This document shows positions 21,683 through 30,436 of a stretch of 32,000 nucleotides of DNA, piece by piece. Made by a program: the position numbers and the translations under genes. Location of the stretch: NCBI GenBank assembly GCA_050013255.1, contig JBEKFP010000001.1:65417-97416 (forward strand), in the 5' to 3' direction. The notes beneath the pieces were generated by a model. The model had not been told where the DNA came from and did not search any database. It saw nothing but the letters and a program-made list of their open reading frames with translations. The stretch is from Candidatus Bathyarchaeia archaeon (lineage in GTDB: Archaea; Thermoproteota; Bathyarchaeia; 40CM-2-53-6). Position 1 is the first letter of the stretch; each line of letters starts with the position of its first letter.

Positions 21683-23225
21683 GCCTCAAAACACTCCTGA
21701 GTAAGGGCGAAACATCTGGGGGCTTACCCTTCTTAGCAAGCTTGGCCGAGAAAGAAGCGATCTTTGGAAGGTATTTCTGGAACACGTCAAGCCTGTGCTT
21801 GTCATGTGCCAAGTGAATCTTTTTCGAAAGGAATAACGAGAGTCTACGTGCGACCTCACGAACTGCGTTAAGCACTTCACGTTCTACGTCGGGGCGATCG
21901 GCGATGAATTCCTTGCCCACAGTTTTGTACGGGACCTTCGTGGAACAAATGTGAACGAAAACCGCTATCGGCATCTCAGGCGAGGCTTTGTAGTGCCGCC
22001 AGTCAACCTCCGTGTTTACAACTTTCCATGATACGTCACTCGCCTCGTCGAAGAGCAACGGAATCTTATTGGCGAATCTGAAAAGCTTGATTCCTCCACC
22101 GGCCTCAATTTGCCCGCCGTAGGCGACGCCCACTTCAACAATGAATGGAAAACCGGAGTAGGCCGATGGTTTTCTTTGATAAACGGCTACGAATTCAGGA
22201 GCGAGTTCTTTCTTGATTCCGGCTTCAAGCAATTCTTCCCCAAGCGGTGACAGGCAACTTGCATCTGGGGCTAGGAACTTGTAGTTTTTCATTGCGTTTA
22301 CGATTTTGACGATCTCTTCAGGTGTCAGTTTCTTCGGGTTTTTCTTGACGGGGAGGTCTACTTGTGTCAGGAATGAGGTGGCGATTGTGCGGCCGACTCT
22401 GTGAAAGTGAGTTTTCATGAAACCGACGAGCGTATGTTCCTTAGTTAATTCGATAAGGCGCGTGATCGTTTCGACGTCGACGCCGTACGGGTGTGGTAGG
22501 GTTTCTTGCGGCGGTTTCGGCATTTGGACTGTGCCACGATCGAACCTGTAGAGCCTGCCCCTCGGGTCTACGTAGGTTATAGTTGCGTATGGAGCGACAA
22601 TCGCGGTTGCCATTAGATAGTCGAGAATCTTGGACATCGCCCGGGTGTAGTCTGCTTCGGTGGAGAATTCGACAACGGCCCCGTGCCAATGATTATCGTT
22701 TGGGTGCGTCTTGTGCTTGATAATGACTGGTTTGTTCTTTTGGATGTCAATCATCAGATCGTATTGGTGTATCTTTGTTCGACCAGTGCTGGACATGATG
22801 GTTGCTGTGCCGTGGGTCGTGACCTGGCCGTAAAGTATGGCCATCTTGCCGCCCAACCCGAAGGTTCCTCGGGTCTGTCGAAGCTTGTATTTGGATCCGT
22901 AGAGAACTTGGCCGAAGGCGGAGGGTATGATATCGTGAGGTATCCCAATGCCGTTGTCTTCAATGTGGACCCTGTAGACACCAGGCCCATCTGTCGGACC
23001 CGATTCGTGCGACACTCGCAGATAGATGTCAGGAGGAATTTCACGTGTTTCGCAGGCGTCGAGTGAATTTTCGACTAACTCACGGATAGTAGAGTAGATA
23101 GCCCTCGTTGGGTTCGTGAATCCTGCGATGTCCCGGTTACGGTAGAAGAAATCTGCCGCCGATATTTCCTGGAATACTTCTTGGAGGGCCATCAGGGTTC
23201 GCCTATCTTGTTGAAGGTGGGGCAT
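21639..23225 (-). CDS. top6B: DNA topoisomerase VI subunit B (GHKL ATPase)
   Basis: 528 aa. The Bergerat-fold motifs are ELVENSLDA, DNGIGIP and GTFGLGGK. Confidence 0.95.
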   Translation of the reverse strand: MPHLQQDRRTLMALQEVFQEISAADFFYRNRDIAGFTNPTRAIYSTIRELVENSLDACETREIPPDIYLRVSHESGPTDGPGVYRVHIEDNGIGIPHDIIPSAFGQVLYGSKYKLRQTRGTFGLGGKMAILYGQVTTHGTATIMSSTGRTKIHQYDLMIDIQKNKPVIIKHKTHPNDNHWHGAVVEFSTEADYTRAMSKILDYLMATAIVAPYATITYVDPRGRLYRFDRGTVQMPKPPQETLPHPYGVDVETITRLIELTKEHTLVGFMKTHFHRVGRTIATSFLTQVDLPVKKNPKKLTPEEIVKIVNAMKNYKFLAPDASCLSPLGEELLEAGIKKELAPEFVAVYQRKPSAYSGFPFIVEVGVAYGGQIEAGGGIKLFRFANKIPLLFDEASDVSWKVVNTEVDWRHYKASPEMPIAVFVHICSTKVPYKTVGKEFIADRPDVEREVLNAVREVARRLSLFLSKKIHLAHDKHRLDVFQKYLPKIASFSAKLAKKGKPPDVSPLLRSVLRHEKEESEDDQGEQV

Positions 23226-23249
23226 AAAGCTGATGATGGTTGCTCCTCG

Positions 23250-23828
23250 TCACGTAGGCGGTTTCTCCCATAGCTCAAGGGTTTCTCTTTTCTTGCTCTC
23301 GCTCTTTATCTTTCTAAGCAGTTTGTACACGGTGGAATGCTGTTTACCTTTGAGTAATAGTTCAATTGCTTCCCTCGCAGCAGTCACGTCCTCATATTCG
23401 CCGATCGTAGAAATAGTATGGCCGTAGACCGAAACTTTCGCATCAGTCATTTCCTCTATTAACCTGCGAATCTTCCCCTCACGCCCAATCACCCGGCCCT
23501 TTAACCTCGCAATATCGTTTTCGTTTCTTCCGAACGTTTCCCTTAGGTCGATGATATCGAGAACGATGTCGTCATCGACAAGTTCCATAGCTCGTTCTGG
23601 CGAAAAGCCACGGCCAATCGCGAGAACCACATCGCGGGCGCGAAGGATTGTGGTCGGGTCGTCCGAATCTCCTCTGGGAACGATTTCTACGACGCCGCCT
23701 TGGCTTTGGATTAGCAGGCGTGCTTTGAACGCGTGTTCAATCTTTCTTTTGGTGGAACCTTCCTTTCCGATAAGCACACCCATGCGCTCGAAGGGGATTG
23801 TTGTGCTAATTCGTGTCGACATCTTCAC
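23250..23828 (-). CDS. KH-domain RNA-binding protein (archaeal Dim2/Pno1 homologue)
   Basis: 192 aa with two KH modules (GVLIGKEGSTKRKIE and GRVIGREGKIRRLIE). The start is a GTG at 23828 or an ATG at 23822. The gene overlaps the 3' end of the Rio kinase gene. Confidence 0.85.
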   Translation of the reverse strand: MKMSTRISTTIPFERMGVLIGKEGSTKRKIEHAFKARLLIQSQGGVVEIVPRGDSDDPTTILRARDVVLAIGRGFSPERAMELVDDDIVLDIIDLRETFGRNENDIARLKGRVIGREGKIRRLIEEMTDAKVSVYGHTISTIGEYEDVTAAREAIELLLKGKQHSTVYKLLRKIKSESKKRETLELWEKPPT

Positions 23829-24603
23829 CGGTCACCCACTTCGTCAATCTCTCGATGGGGGGTACGGTCACACCGATTCGTGAGAAATATGTGTTCATGC
23901 GAACCAAGTCCCTCTCAAGAAAGCTATGGGCCATTGGGTGTTCCGGAGGAACGGCTTGGGCAAAGTCAAAGATTACCGGTTCGAGGTCAACTAGCATTAT
24001 GTTATATTCACTTAGGTCGCCGTGTACGAGTCGCGCCTTTTGGTAGAGCGTTTTTACGGCTCCAACAATCTTGTCGTAGACCAGGGCTGGGTGGTCGAGG
24101 GGGGTTTCCCTTAACAGCGGAGCGGGGGTTCCGTTTCTACCGATAAATTCCATTAGCAGCACGTTTCCCTCAACCTTCAATGCGACCGGCACTCGGACGC
24201 CCGCGTCTCGCGCCTGTTGCAGGTTCCTGAATTCCTTCAGGGCCCAAAGGTTGACGAGCGACCTTGTATCCTTTCTAGTGTTCTTGAACCTTTCATCGCC
24301 TTTTATGTACTTCATCCTCCCGCCGACGAATTCCGCTGATGTTGTCAAGAAAATCTTAATCGCCACTAATTTTTTTCTTCGACCTACGCCCCAATACAGG
24401 CGCGATTCTTTGCCCGAGCGCACTACCCCATTGATGTTTGAGATATATCCACGGTTTAAGAGGCGATATACTATCATCAGCGTCGATTTGTCGAAGACTT
24501 CTTCGAGAGATTCCATTTCCTCGCTACGTTTATTCCTCATTAGCCGTTTTTCCTCGTAGCGTGCAACCTTACGGCGTAGCTTCTGCTCGGCTAAGGACTC
24601 CAC
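23806..24603 (-). CDS. rio1: RIO-type serine/threonine protein kinase (Rio1-like)
   Basis: 265 aa with a GTG start. It contains GKESRLYWG, a catalytic HGDLSEYNIM segment and a metal-binding IFDFAQAV segment. Confidence 0.9.
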   Translation of the reverse strand: MESLAEQKLRRKVARYEEKRLMRNKRSEEMESLEEVFDKSTLMIVYRLLNRGYISNINGVVRSGKESRLYWGVGRRKKLVAIKIFLTTSAEFVGGRMKYIKGDERFKNTRKDTRSLVNLWALKEFRNLQQARDAGVRVPVALKVEGNVLLMEFIGRNGTPAPLLRETPLDHPALVYDKIVGAVKTLYQKARLVHGDLSEYNIMLVDLEPVIFDFAQAVPPEHPMAHSFLERDLVRMNTYFSRIGVTVPPIERLTKWVTGEDVDTN

Positions 24604-24635
24604 CTATATCACCAAACAAGCTCATCTAATGATGG

Positions 24636-24941
24636 CTAAGCAACCAGACGGCCCTGGTTTCTTAGCCAGTTTGATTGGCTTTCCGTGTACCGCCAGAGGA
24701 TGTCGCCCCTCGAGTCGGTTTGGAAATCCCATGGGGCGACCAAGACCGTGTCGCCGACTTTGATCCAGACTCGGCGCTTCATCTTGCCGCGGATACGGCA
24801 CACTCTTTCGTGGCCATCTCCACATTTGACCATAAGCCGATCGTAGCCCAGCATCTGGGTTACGATTCCGAGCAGTTGCCCCTCGTCAGGCATGACCATT
24901 TCCCGGAGATCCCCTTCACTCAGAACCTTCTTTTTACCCAC
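24636..24941 (-). CDS. eif1a: Translation initiation factor aIF-1A
   Basis: 101 aa with a GTG start. The S1/OB core reads RIRGKMKRRVWIKVGDTVLVAPWDFQ...GDILWRY. Confidence 0.9.
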   Translation of the reverse strand: MGKKKVLSEGDLREMVMPDEGQLLGIVTQMLGYDRLMVKCGDGHERVCRIRGKMKRRVWIKVGDTVLVAPWDFQTDSRGDILWRYTESQSNWLRNQGRLVA

Positions 24942-25032
24942 ACTCTTCCACCGAGGTTACGGCGCGATAATAATTCGGCCAGCCTAAATAAGGCTATTAG
25001 ACTTTTGCCAGCGTTTCCCCTTTCAGCGTAAT

Positions 25033-25344
25033 TCACATGCGAACTATTTGGACGTGCGGAACGCCGCCGATATGGACGATTGCGGAAGGACTTACGAATC
25101 CCTTCTGAACTGCAGCTTCGACTATGCCCTCGCCGACTAGGTTGGCTATGTCAGCCGCACCGATCGCCTGAAGAGCGTCGTGGATATTGGTGGAAACGCC
25201 CCTGTAGAAATCTACCTTTACCTCTAGCTTCAACTTTCCCTCGCGAAAGATTGCCCCGAGTAGTTCGGAATCGCAGGCGGCTACGAGAGTATACTTTGTG
25301 TCCTTGAAAACACGGAGATAAACCTGATTCAAGTAGGGGTACAC
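25033..25344 (-). CDS. DUF424-family archaeal protein
   Basis: The core VAACDSELLGAIFREGKLKLEV...FYRG...GVPHVQIV is typical of this family. I chose the GTG at 25344, which lies 4 nt after the aIF-2beta stop. A TTG at 25332 is an alternative. The track ORF's TTG at 25422 would overlap aIF-2beta by 74 nt. Confidence 0.7.
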   Translation of the reverse strand: MYPYLNQVYLRVFKDTKYTLVAACDSELLGAIFREGKLKLEVKVDFYRGVSTNIHDALQAIGAADIANLVGEGIVEAAVQKGFVSPSAIVHIGGVPHVQIVRM

Positions 25345-25348
25345 TTTC

Positions 25349-25759
25349 TCAGACGGGAAGTATGGAAGACTTCGCGCCGCAGGCTTCACAGCGGAGGAAA
25401 AGGTACCGCCCCTCTTTCTCAATCTTCGTGTCAGGCCGATTGCATATGGGGCAGATTACATACCGCTGGGCGTAAATGTTGAGAAGCCGCGTAACGGTTC
25501 CAACATCGAACCTGCCCTGGAATATCGCCCTCGCCCCATCCAGGGATGCAGCAGTCGCGAGTTCTCTGGATAGAAACTTGAGCAAATGGTGAGGCTCACG
25601 GTTGATCTTGTTGCTTATATCACCAAAATTCTGAATAATAGTTCTCCTACCCATCCGTATACCAACGACTCTCGGTATCTCGAACCTTTCCCCCGTTCCA
25701 GCTGCCTTAGGCAGGTTGGCATAGGCTCGTTCAAGTAGCTTGTTGTAATCTCCGCTCAA
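25349..25759 (-). CDS. eif2b: Translation initiation factor aIF-2 beta subunit
   Basis: 136 aa with a TTG start. The conserved N-terminus is MSGDYNKLLERAYANLP, and the C-terminal zinc ribbon is CPICNRPDT...CEACGA. Confidence 0.9.
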   Translation of the reverse strand: MSGDYNKLLERAYANLPKAAGTGERFEIPRVVGIRMGRRTIIQNFGDISNKINREPHHLLKFLSRELATAASLDGARAIFQGRFDVGTVTRLLNIYAQRYVICPICNRPDTKIEKEGRYLFLRCEACGAKSSILPV

Positions 25760-25959
25760 GGTTGATTTCCAGCGGTAGATTATGAACAGCCATATTTCTT
25801 CGTTCCCCTTTGGGAAAGATATGTTAATGTGGTTACGGGGAGGCTAGCTTGAGGAAGCTGTCGGAGGGGCCGCATCTAAAGGTCATCACAAAAAGGCACG
25901 AGAAGAACTCACTGCTTTCGAGTTCTTTGGAATGCGGGGCCGGCTGGAGATGGTCATGA

Positions 25960-27594
25960 ATGGGTAAATGGATTATCAACTCTGCTTGGCCTTACGTAAA
26001 TTCAGTTCCCCACCTTGGAACATTCATCCACCTCCTCAGCGCGGACGTCTACACCAGATACCTCCGCCTCAAAGGCGAAGAAGTTATAGCAGTAACTGGC
26101 TCGGACGAGCATGGAACACCGATTGAGGTAGAAGCGATAAGCAAAGGTGTCCCACCGAAGCAGTTGACGGATGAAATTCACAAGCAAATCTGCAACTTGT
26201 TAGATGTGTACAATATACGATTTGACAATTACACAAGGACCGAAAACCCCGTCCACATCCGGTATACCCAAGACCTCTACCGAAAAGTATACGCGAATGG
26301 TTATGTGTATACGGAAAATGTCAACCTACCTTACTGTGAAAGGGACCAAAGATTCCTCCCCGACCGCTTTGTTGAAGGCACGTGCCCCCACTGCGCGTAC
26401 GAACAAGCTAGGGGAGACCAATGCGAATCATGCGGCCGCGTACTAGACCCACTTGAATTAATCCGCCCAAAATGCGTTTTTTGCGGCTCAACGCCTACCG
26501 TTAAGTCGTCAACACACTGGTTCTTTGACCTCCCGAAGTTCCGGGATAAGCTCCTAAGACTAGTCCAAGAAAACAAACAGCTCCCGGAGAACGCCCGCAA
26601 CTTCTCACTAAAATGGCTCGAAGAAGGACTCAAACCTCGAGCATTAACTAGAGACAACAAGTGGGGGATTCCAGCACCGTTTCCTGGAGCGGAAGGAAAA
26701 ACCATCTACGTCTGGTTGGAAGCCGTCCTAGGCTACGTTTCAGCATCGATAGAATGGGCGGAAAAATCAGGAAAGCCCGATGCTTGGAAGGAATTTTGGT
26801 TCGACAAGCAGACCAAAAACGTGCATTTCATCGGGAAGGATAACATACCCTTCCACGTGATCATTTTTCCAAGCCTCCTCCTAGCCACGCATGAGGACTA
26901 TGTGCTGCCATGGCAAGTCTCCTCAACCGAATTCATCTTGTTTGAGGGGCAGAAATTCTCGAAGAGCAAGAAGGTAGGAGTCTGGATTGATGAAGCGTTG
27001 AAAGTTGCCCCGGCCGAGTATTGGCGCTACATACTCATCGCTATACGACCGGAAGCTCGAGACGCAAACTTCACGTGGCGTGACTTCGAAGCCCATATCA
27101 ACAGCGAACTAAACGATGTACTCGGAAACTTCGTTCACCGCACCCTCACATTCGTCAACAACCAGTTCGATTCAAAAATCCCCGAGCCGCACGAGCTGGA
27201 CGAGAAGGATGAGGCTTTGAAGAATCGAATAGAGTCATCACCGTTGAAGGTTGGCTCACTGTTCGACCAATTCCAGTTGAGGAGTGCCCTTGGAGAAATC
27301 ATTGAACTTGCCCGGGCAGGTAATCAATACCTTAGTGAACGGGAACCCTGGCACCTCATAAAGAAGGACAAAGACAAAGCGTCTACAACGCTTTACTTCG
27401 CCACGCAACTCGTCGGATCGATTAGCATCCTAATTTCCCCCGTCCTTCCGGAAACGGCCCAGCACATACGCGATCAACTCAACTTGACACATGATGTGAA
27501 GTGGTCGGACGCGGGAAAACTTGAGTTGGAAGTCGGCCACATCATAGGGAAAGCCACACCGCTCTTTCACAAGGTTTCAGCTCCAGCCCAGTGA
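25960..27594 (+). CDS. metG: Methionine--tRNA ligase (no C-terminal tRNA-binding appendage)
   Basis: 544 aa. The HIGH-region variant is PHLGT, and the KMSKS variant is KFSKSK. The zinc knuckles read CPHC...CESC...CVFC. Confidence 0.95.
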   Translation: MGKWIINSAWPYVNSVPHLGTFIHLLSADVYTRYLRLKGEEVIAVTGSDEHGTPIEVEAISKGVPPKQLTDEIHKQICNLLDVYNIRFDNYTRTENPVHIRYTQDLYRKVYANGYVYTENVNLPYCERDQRFLPDRFVEGTCPHCAYEQARGDQCESCGRVLDPLELIRPKCVFCGSTPTVKSSTHWFFDLPKFRDKLLRLVQENKQLPENARNFSLKWLEEGLKPRALTRDNKWGIPAPFPGAEGKTIYVWLEAVLGYVSASIEWAEKSGKPDAWKEFWFDKQTKNVHFIGKDNIPFHVIIFPSLLLATHEDYVLPWQVSSTEFILFEGQKFSKSKKVGVWIDEALKVAPAEYWRYILIAIRPEARDANFTWRDFEAHINSELNDVLGNFVHRTLTFVNNQFDSKIPEPHELDEKDEALKNRIESSPLKVGSLFDQFQLRSALGEIIELARAGNQYLSEREPWHLIKKDKDKASTTLYFATQLVGSISILISPVLPETAQHIRDQLNLTHDVKWSDAGKLELEVGHIIGKATPLFHKVSAPAQ

Positions 27595-27609
27595 TGGTGG
27601 CCCTAAAAG

Positions 27610-28239
27610 ATGCCTTCACTCAAGTTCGATTTGCATGTCCACACGGTCGGCTCGTACGACGGCCACACAAAACGCGAAGACTTGCCCCAGATTATTAGGA
27701 GCAGAGGGCTGGATGGCGTGGCGATCACAGAGCACGATGTTTTCGACCCGCCAAAACTTCAGAACGCATTGCTCTTGCCTGCAATCGAGGTTTCTTCGGA
27801 GGAAGGGCATGTGTTAGGTCTTGGTGTTCGTGAACTTATCCCTGCAGGGCTTCCTGCGGATGAAACAATTCGCAGGATCCATGATCAAGCTGGAGTGGCG
27901 ATAATTCCCCACCCGTACGACCCCGTCTGTGAATGCGTGAAGCTTGCCCGATTGAAGGTCAGGCCGGACGCTGTGGAGACTGTAAACGCTGACGCCCTGT
28001 CGTTCTACGTTTCAAAGTGGTTGGCGCATAAAGACGCGCGCAGGTTCAACCTTCCAGAGGTCGGCGGTAGCGACTCTCATATCCCCCAGACTATCGGCGA
28101 CGCCTACACCGTCATCGACGCTGCTTCCAGCGACCTCAAGGATATCATTGATGCCATTAAGTCTGGGAAGGTTCGCGCGGAAGGACGCCCCACATCCGTG
28201 AGAAACAAGTTACGTAAACTAAGTTACAAGTTCAAGTGA
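27610..28239 (+). CDS. PHP-domain metal-dependent phosphoesterase
   Basis: 209 aa. It has the N-terminal DLHVHT motif, plus AITEHD, IIPHPYD and GGSDSH motifs. Confidence 0.85.
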   Translation: MPSLKFDLHVHTVGSYDGHTKREDLPQIIRSRGLDGVAITEHDVFDPPKLQNALLLPAIEVSSEEGHVLGLGVRELIPAGLPADETIRRIHDQAGVAIIPHPYDPVCECVKLARLKVRPDAVETVNADALSFYVSKWLAHKDARRFNLPEVGGSDSHIPQTIGDAYTVIDAASSDLKDIIDAIKSGKVRAEGRPTSVRNKLRKLSYKFK

Positions 28240-28600
28240 GCTTAGGTTCGATCTGGTCGAGGCCTAGGTTTAGGTTAAGATGTTCCTCATCCGCGGATTC
28301 CGGCTCCATTTCGAACAAGTCGAAGGAACGGAGCATGTCCCGGAGGGAAAAGACTTGAGTCAACTTATCACCTGAGGTTGCTGAAACATTTCTCCTGGAG
28401 ACCGGTCGGACTATATTTGGAAGGAGGTCTCATCGGTGGGCGTTTTGGCCATCATGAAGGTTGGTCGAAGGGCCCAAATCACGTTTAGGCCCTCGATATT
28501 TCTCCATGAATCAGGAAAGATTCCCTGTCCGAACATCAGAGTTTGCACTGTGTGTGCCTAGTTTTGGTTACAGGAGATTGGCCATATTCACGGATAACCT

Positions 28601-28885
28601 TCAGCCTCCGCCGACGGGGGGTATGATTGCGAGGGTGCTCCCCTCCCTTAACAGTGTGAAGAATCCGTCAGTTTGGGAGATTGATTTCTCGTTCAGAAGG
28701 AATTGGAGGTATTCACGCGGGTTTCCAGTGTCATCGAGGAGGTATTCCTTCAGTTTGTCTCCATGCTTTGCGGTCAAAAGGTCGAGGAGGTTTCGCACGT
28801 TCGCCCCAGCTGGAACGTCGATCGTCTCTTCACGTAGGTTAACTAATTCTCGAACTGAAGCAAAGTATTGGATTTTCACTTTCAA
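28601..28885 (-). CDS. MoaD/ThiS-family ubiquitin-like sulfur-carrier/SAMP-type protein
   Basis: 94 aa. The start is a TTG at 28885 or a GTG two codons downstream. It has a beta-grasp-like N-terminus (MKVKIQYFASVRE) and a C-terminal diglycine (IIPPVGGG). Confidence 0.85.
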   Translation of the reverse strand: MKVKIQYFASVRELVNLREETIDVPAGANVRNLLDLLTAKHGDKLKEYLLDDTGNPREYLQFLLNEKSISQTDGFFTLLREGSTLAIIPPVGGG

Positions 28886-28918
28886 AGGTTCTCACGTAAT
28901 CGAATCCTGGTTCGGGAG

Positions 28919-30436
28919 TTACTTGCGTTTGGATATGTTCTTCTTCCATGTCAATTGCATCGACTTTGGCCTGTTGGCCTTGGCTTCGTCTATTCTTGTC
29001 ACACTCGTTGCATGTGGGCTTGTTGCAGGTTGGTCGGAATTTGAGTAAGCTTCCTCGCTAATCTTGGCGAAGCCGTCGATCATTGCGTCAAGTTCCTCTT
29101 TGGCTACGGTTTCGGTTGGCTCAGCCATCATGGCCTCCTCTATGATTAAGGGGAAGTAGACCGTTGGCGGGTGTACTCCAAAATCCAGCAACCTCTTTGC
29201 TACCTGAAGTGCTGTGACGCCCGTTTCCTTTGCGAGTGCTGACGCGGACAGGACGAATTCATGTTTCCTAGGAATCCCTTCTCCGTACGGAAGCGAGAAA
29301 CCTTTGATTTTTCGAAGTTTTTCTGCCATGTAATTGGCGTTGAGAACAGCAATCTCCGACGCTGTTTCTAGGCCTTCCTTTCCATGAAGAAGAATGTAGG
29401 TGTAAGCACGAAGGACTACGGCGGCGCTGCCGTGAAACGCTCTGACCTTCCCGATACTTTTCGGCCTGTTGTAGTCAAGGTAGTACCTCTCTCCGTCAAA
29501 TTCGACAGTCGGTACGGGCAAGTAGTCCTCGAGACGGCTCGTGACCCCAACTGGGCCGGCGCCCGGCCCACCTCCCCCGTGCGGTGTTGCGAAGGTTTTG
29601 TGCAGGTTGATGTGAACAATATCGAAGCCCATGTCGCCTGGTTTAGCCTTCCCCATGATCGCGTTGAGGTTTGCGCCGTCGTAGTAGAGCAGCCCGCCAG
29701 AATCATGAACTATGCCTGCGATTTCGAGGATCTTCCGTTCGAAAATCCCAAGTGTGTTTGGGTTTGTTACCATTAGGCCGGCCGTATTCGGTCCGACGGC
29801 GCTCTTTAGCGCCTCCGTATCCACGCAGCCCTCTGAATCTGAAGGAACCTCAACCACTTTGTAACCAGCCATTGCTGCGCTGGCAGGGTTCGTCCCATGG
29901 GCTGAATCAGGAACGATTATCTCATCACGCTTTGTGTCAGCCTTGTCGCGATGGTACGCTCGCATCAGCATGACACCAGTGTATTCCCCGTGTGCTCCGG
30001 CCGCGGGTTGCAACGTTATCTTCTGCATCCCAACAATGTTCGCTAGAAAGTTCGCAGCCTCATAGAGGATTTGAAGAATGCCCTGTACGGTCCTCAGGTC
30101 TTGGTATGGGTGTAACTCTTGGATTTTATGTGAAGCAGCTACGAGATCACAAAGTTTCGGGTTGTATTTCATTGTGCAGCTTCCGAGCGGATAAAGGCCG
30201 AGGTCGACGCCGAAGTTTTCTTGCGAGAGTCGGGTGAAGTGACGAACTACTTCAATCTCCGAGACCTCAGGCAGCGATAATGGTGCAACGCGCCGAAGCT
30301 TCAGTGGGACACTTTCTAGGGCTGCATCGCGCTCCTTAGTGGAGGAGAGCGTATGGAAGCCGACTTTTCCTGGTCGGGACAATTCGATGATGGGGGGTTC
30401 GTCCCATTTCGCTTGACCATAGCCCATTAGTCTCAA
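28919..30436 (-). CDS. gcvPB: Glycine dehydrogenase (decarboxylating) subunit 2 (P-protein beta)
   Basis: 505 aa. The PLP-lysine motif is HINLHKTFATPHGGGGPG. The start is a TTG at 30436, in a TTGA overlap with the gcvPA stop, or an ATG at 30427. Confidence 0.95.
   Translation of the reverse strand: MRLMGYGQAKWDEPPIIELSRPGKVGFHTLSSTKERDAALESVPLKLRRVAPLSLPEVSEIEVVRHFTRLSQENFGVDLGLYPLGSCTMKYNPKLCDLVAASHKIQELHPYQDLRTVQGILQILYEAANFLANIVGMQKITLQPAAGAHGEYTGVMLMRAYHRDKADTKRDEIIVPDSAHGTNPASAAMAGYKVVEVPSDSEGCVDTEALKSAVGPNTAGLMVTNPNTLGIFERKILEIAGIVHDSGGLLYYDGANLNAIMGKAKPGDMGFDIVHINLHKTFATPHGGGGPGAGPVGVTSRLEDYLPVPTVEFDGERYYLDYNRPKSIGKVRAFHGSAAVVLRAYTYILLHGKEGLETASEIAVLNANYMAEKLRKIKGFSLPYGEGIPRKHEFVLSASALAKETGVTALQVAKRLLDFGVHPPTVYFPLIIEEAMMAEPTETVAKEELDAMIDGFAKISEEAYSNSDQPATSPHATSVTRIDEAKANRPKSMQLTWKKNISKRK

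Noticed and set aside
23226-23249. A CTGATGATGG sequence resembling a C box between the KH gene and top6B, possibly a C/D-box sRNA.
   Set aside because: The intergenic space is only 24 nt. There is no D box (CTGA) or terminal stem at the right spacing, so it is too short to be an sRNA gene.
25345-25422. An upstream extension of the DUF424 ORF to the TTG at 25422.
   Set aside because: It would overlap aIF-2beta by 74 nt and add a non-conserved Arg/Ser-rich leader. The GTG at 25344 sits 4 nt after the aIF-2beta stop and gives the family-typical length.
26011-26022. MetRS has HLGT in place of the class I HIGH signature, which could suggest an inactive or aberrant synthetase.
   Set aside because: The surrounding sequence (PYVNSVPHLGTFIHLLSADVYTRY) matches the eukaryote/archaeal-type MetRS pattern (PYVNNVPHLGN...SADV). 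In that group the second His is normally replaced, so the variant is not anomalous.
28241-28262. AGGTTCGATCTGG, just after the PHP gene, resembles a tRNA T-arm.
   Set aside because: The flanking bases cannot form a T-stem (AGG against TGG), and no acceptor or anticodon arms can be drawn around it.
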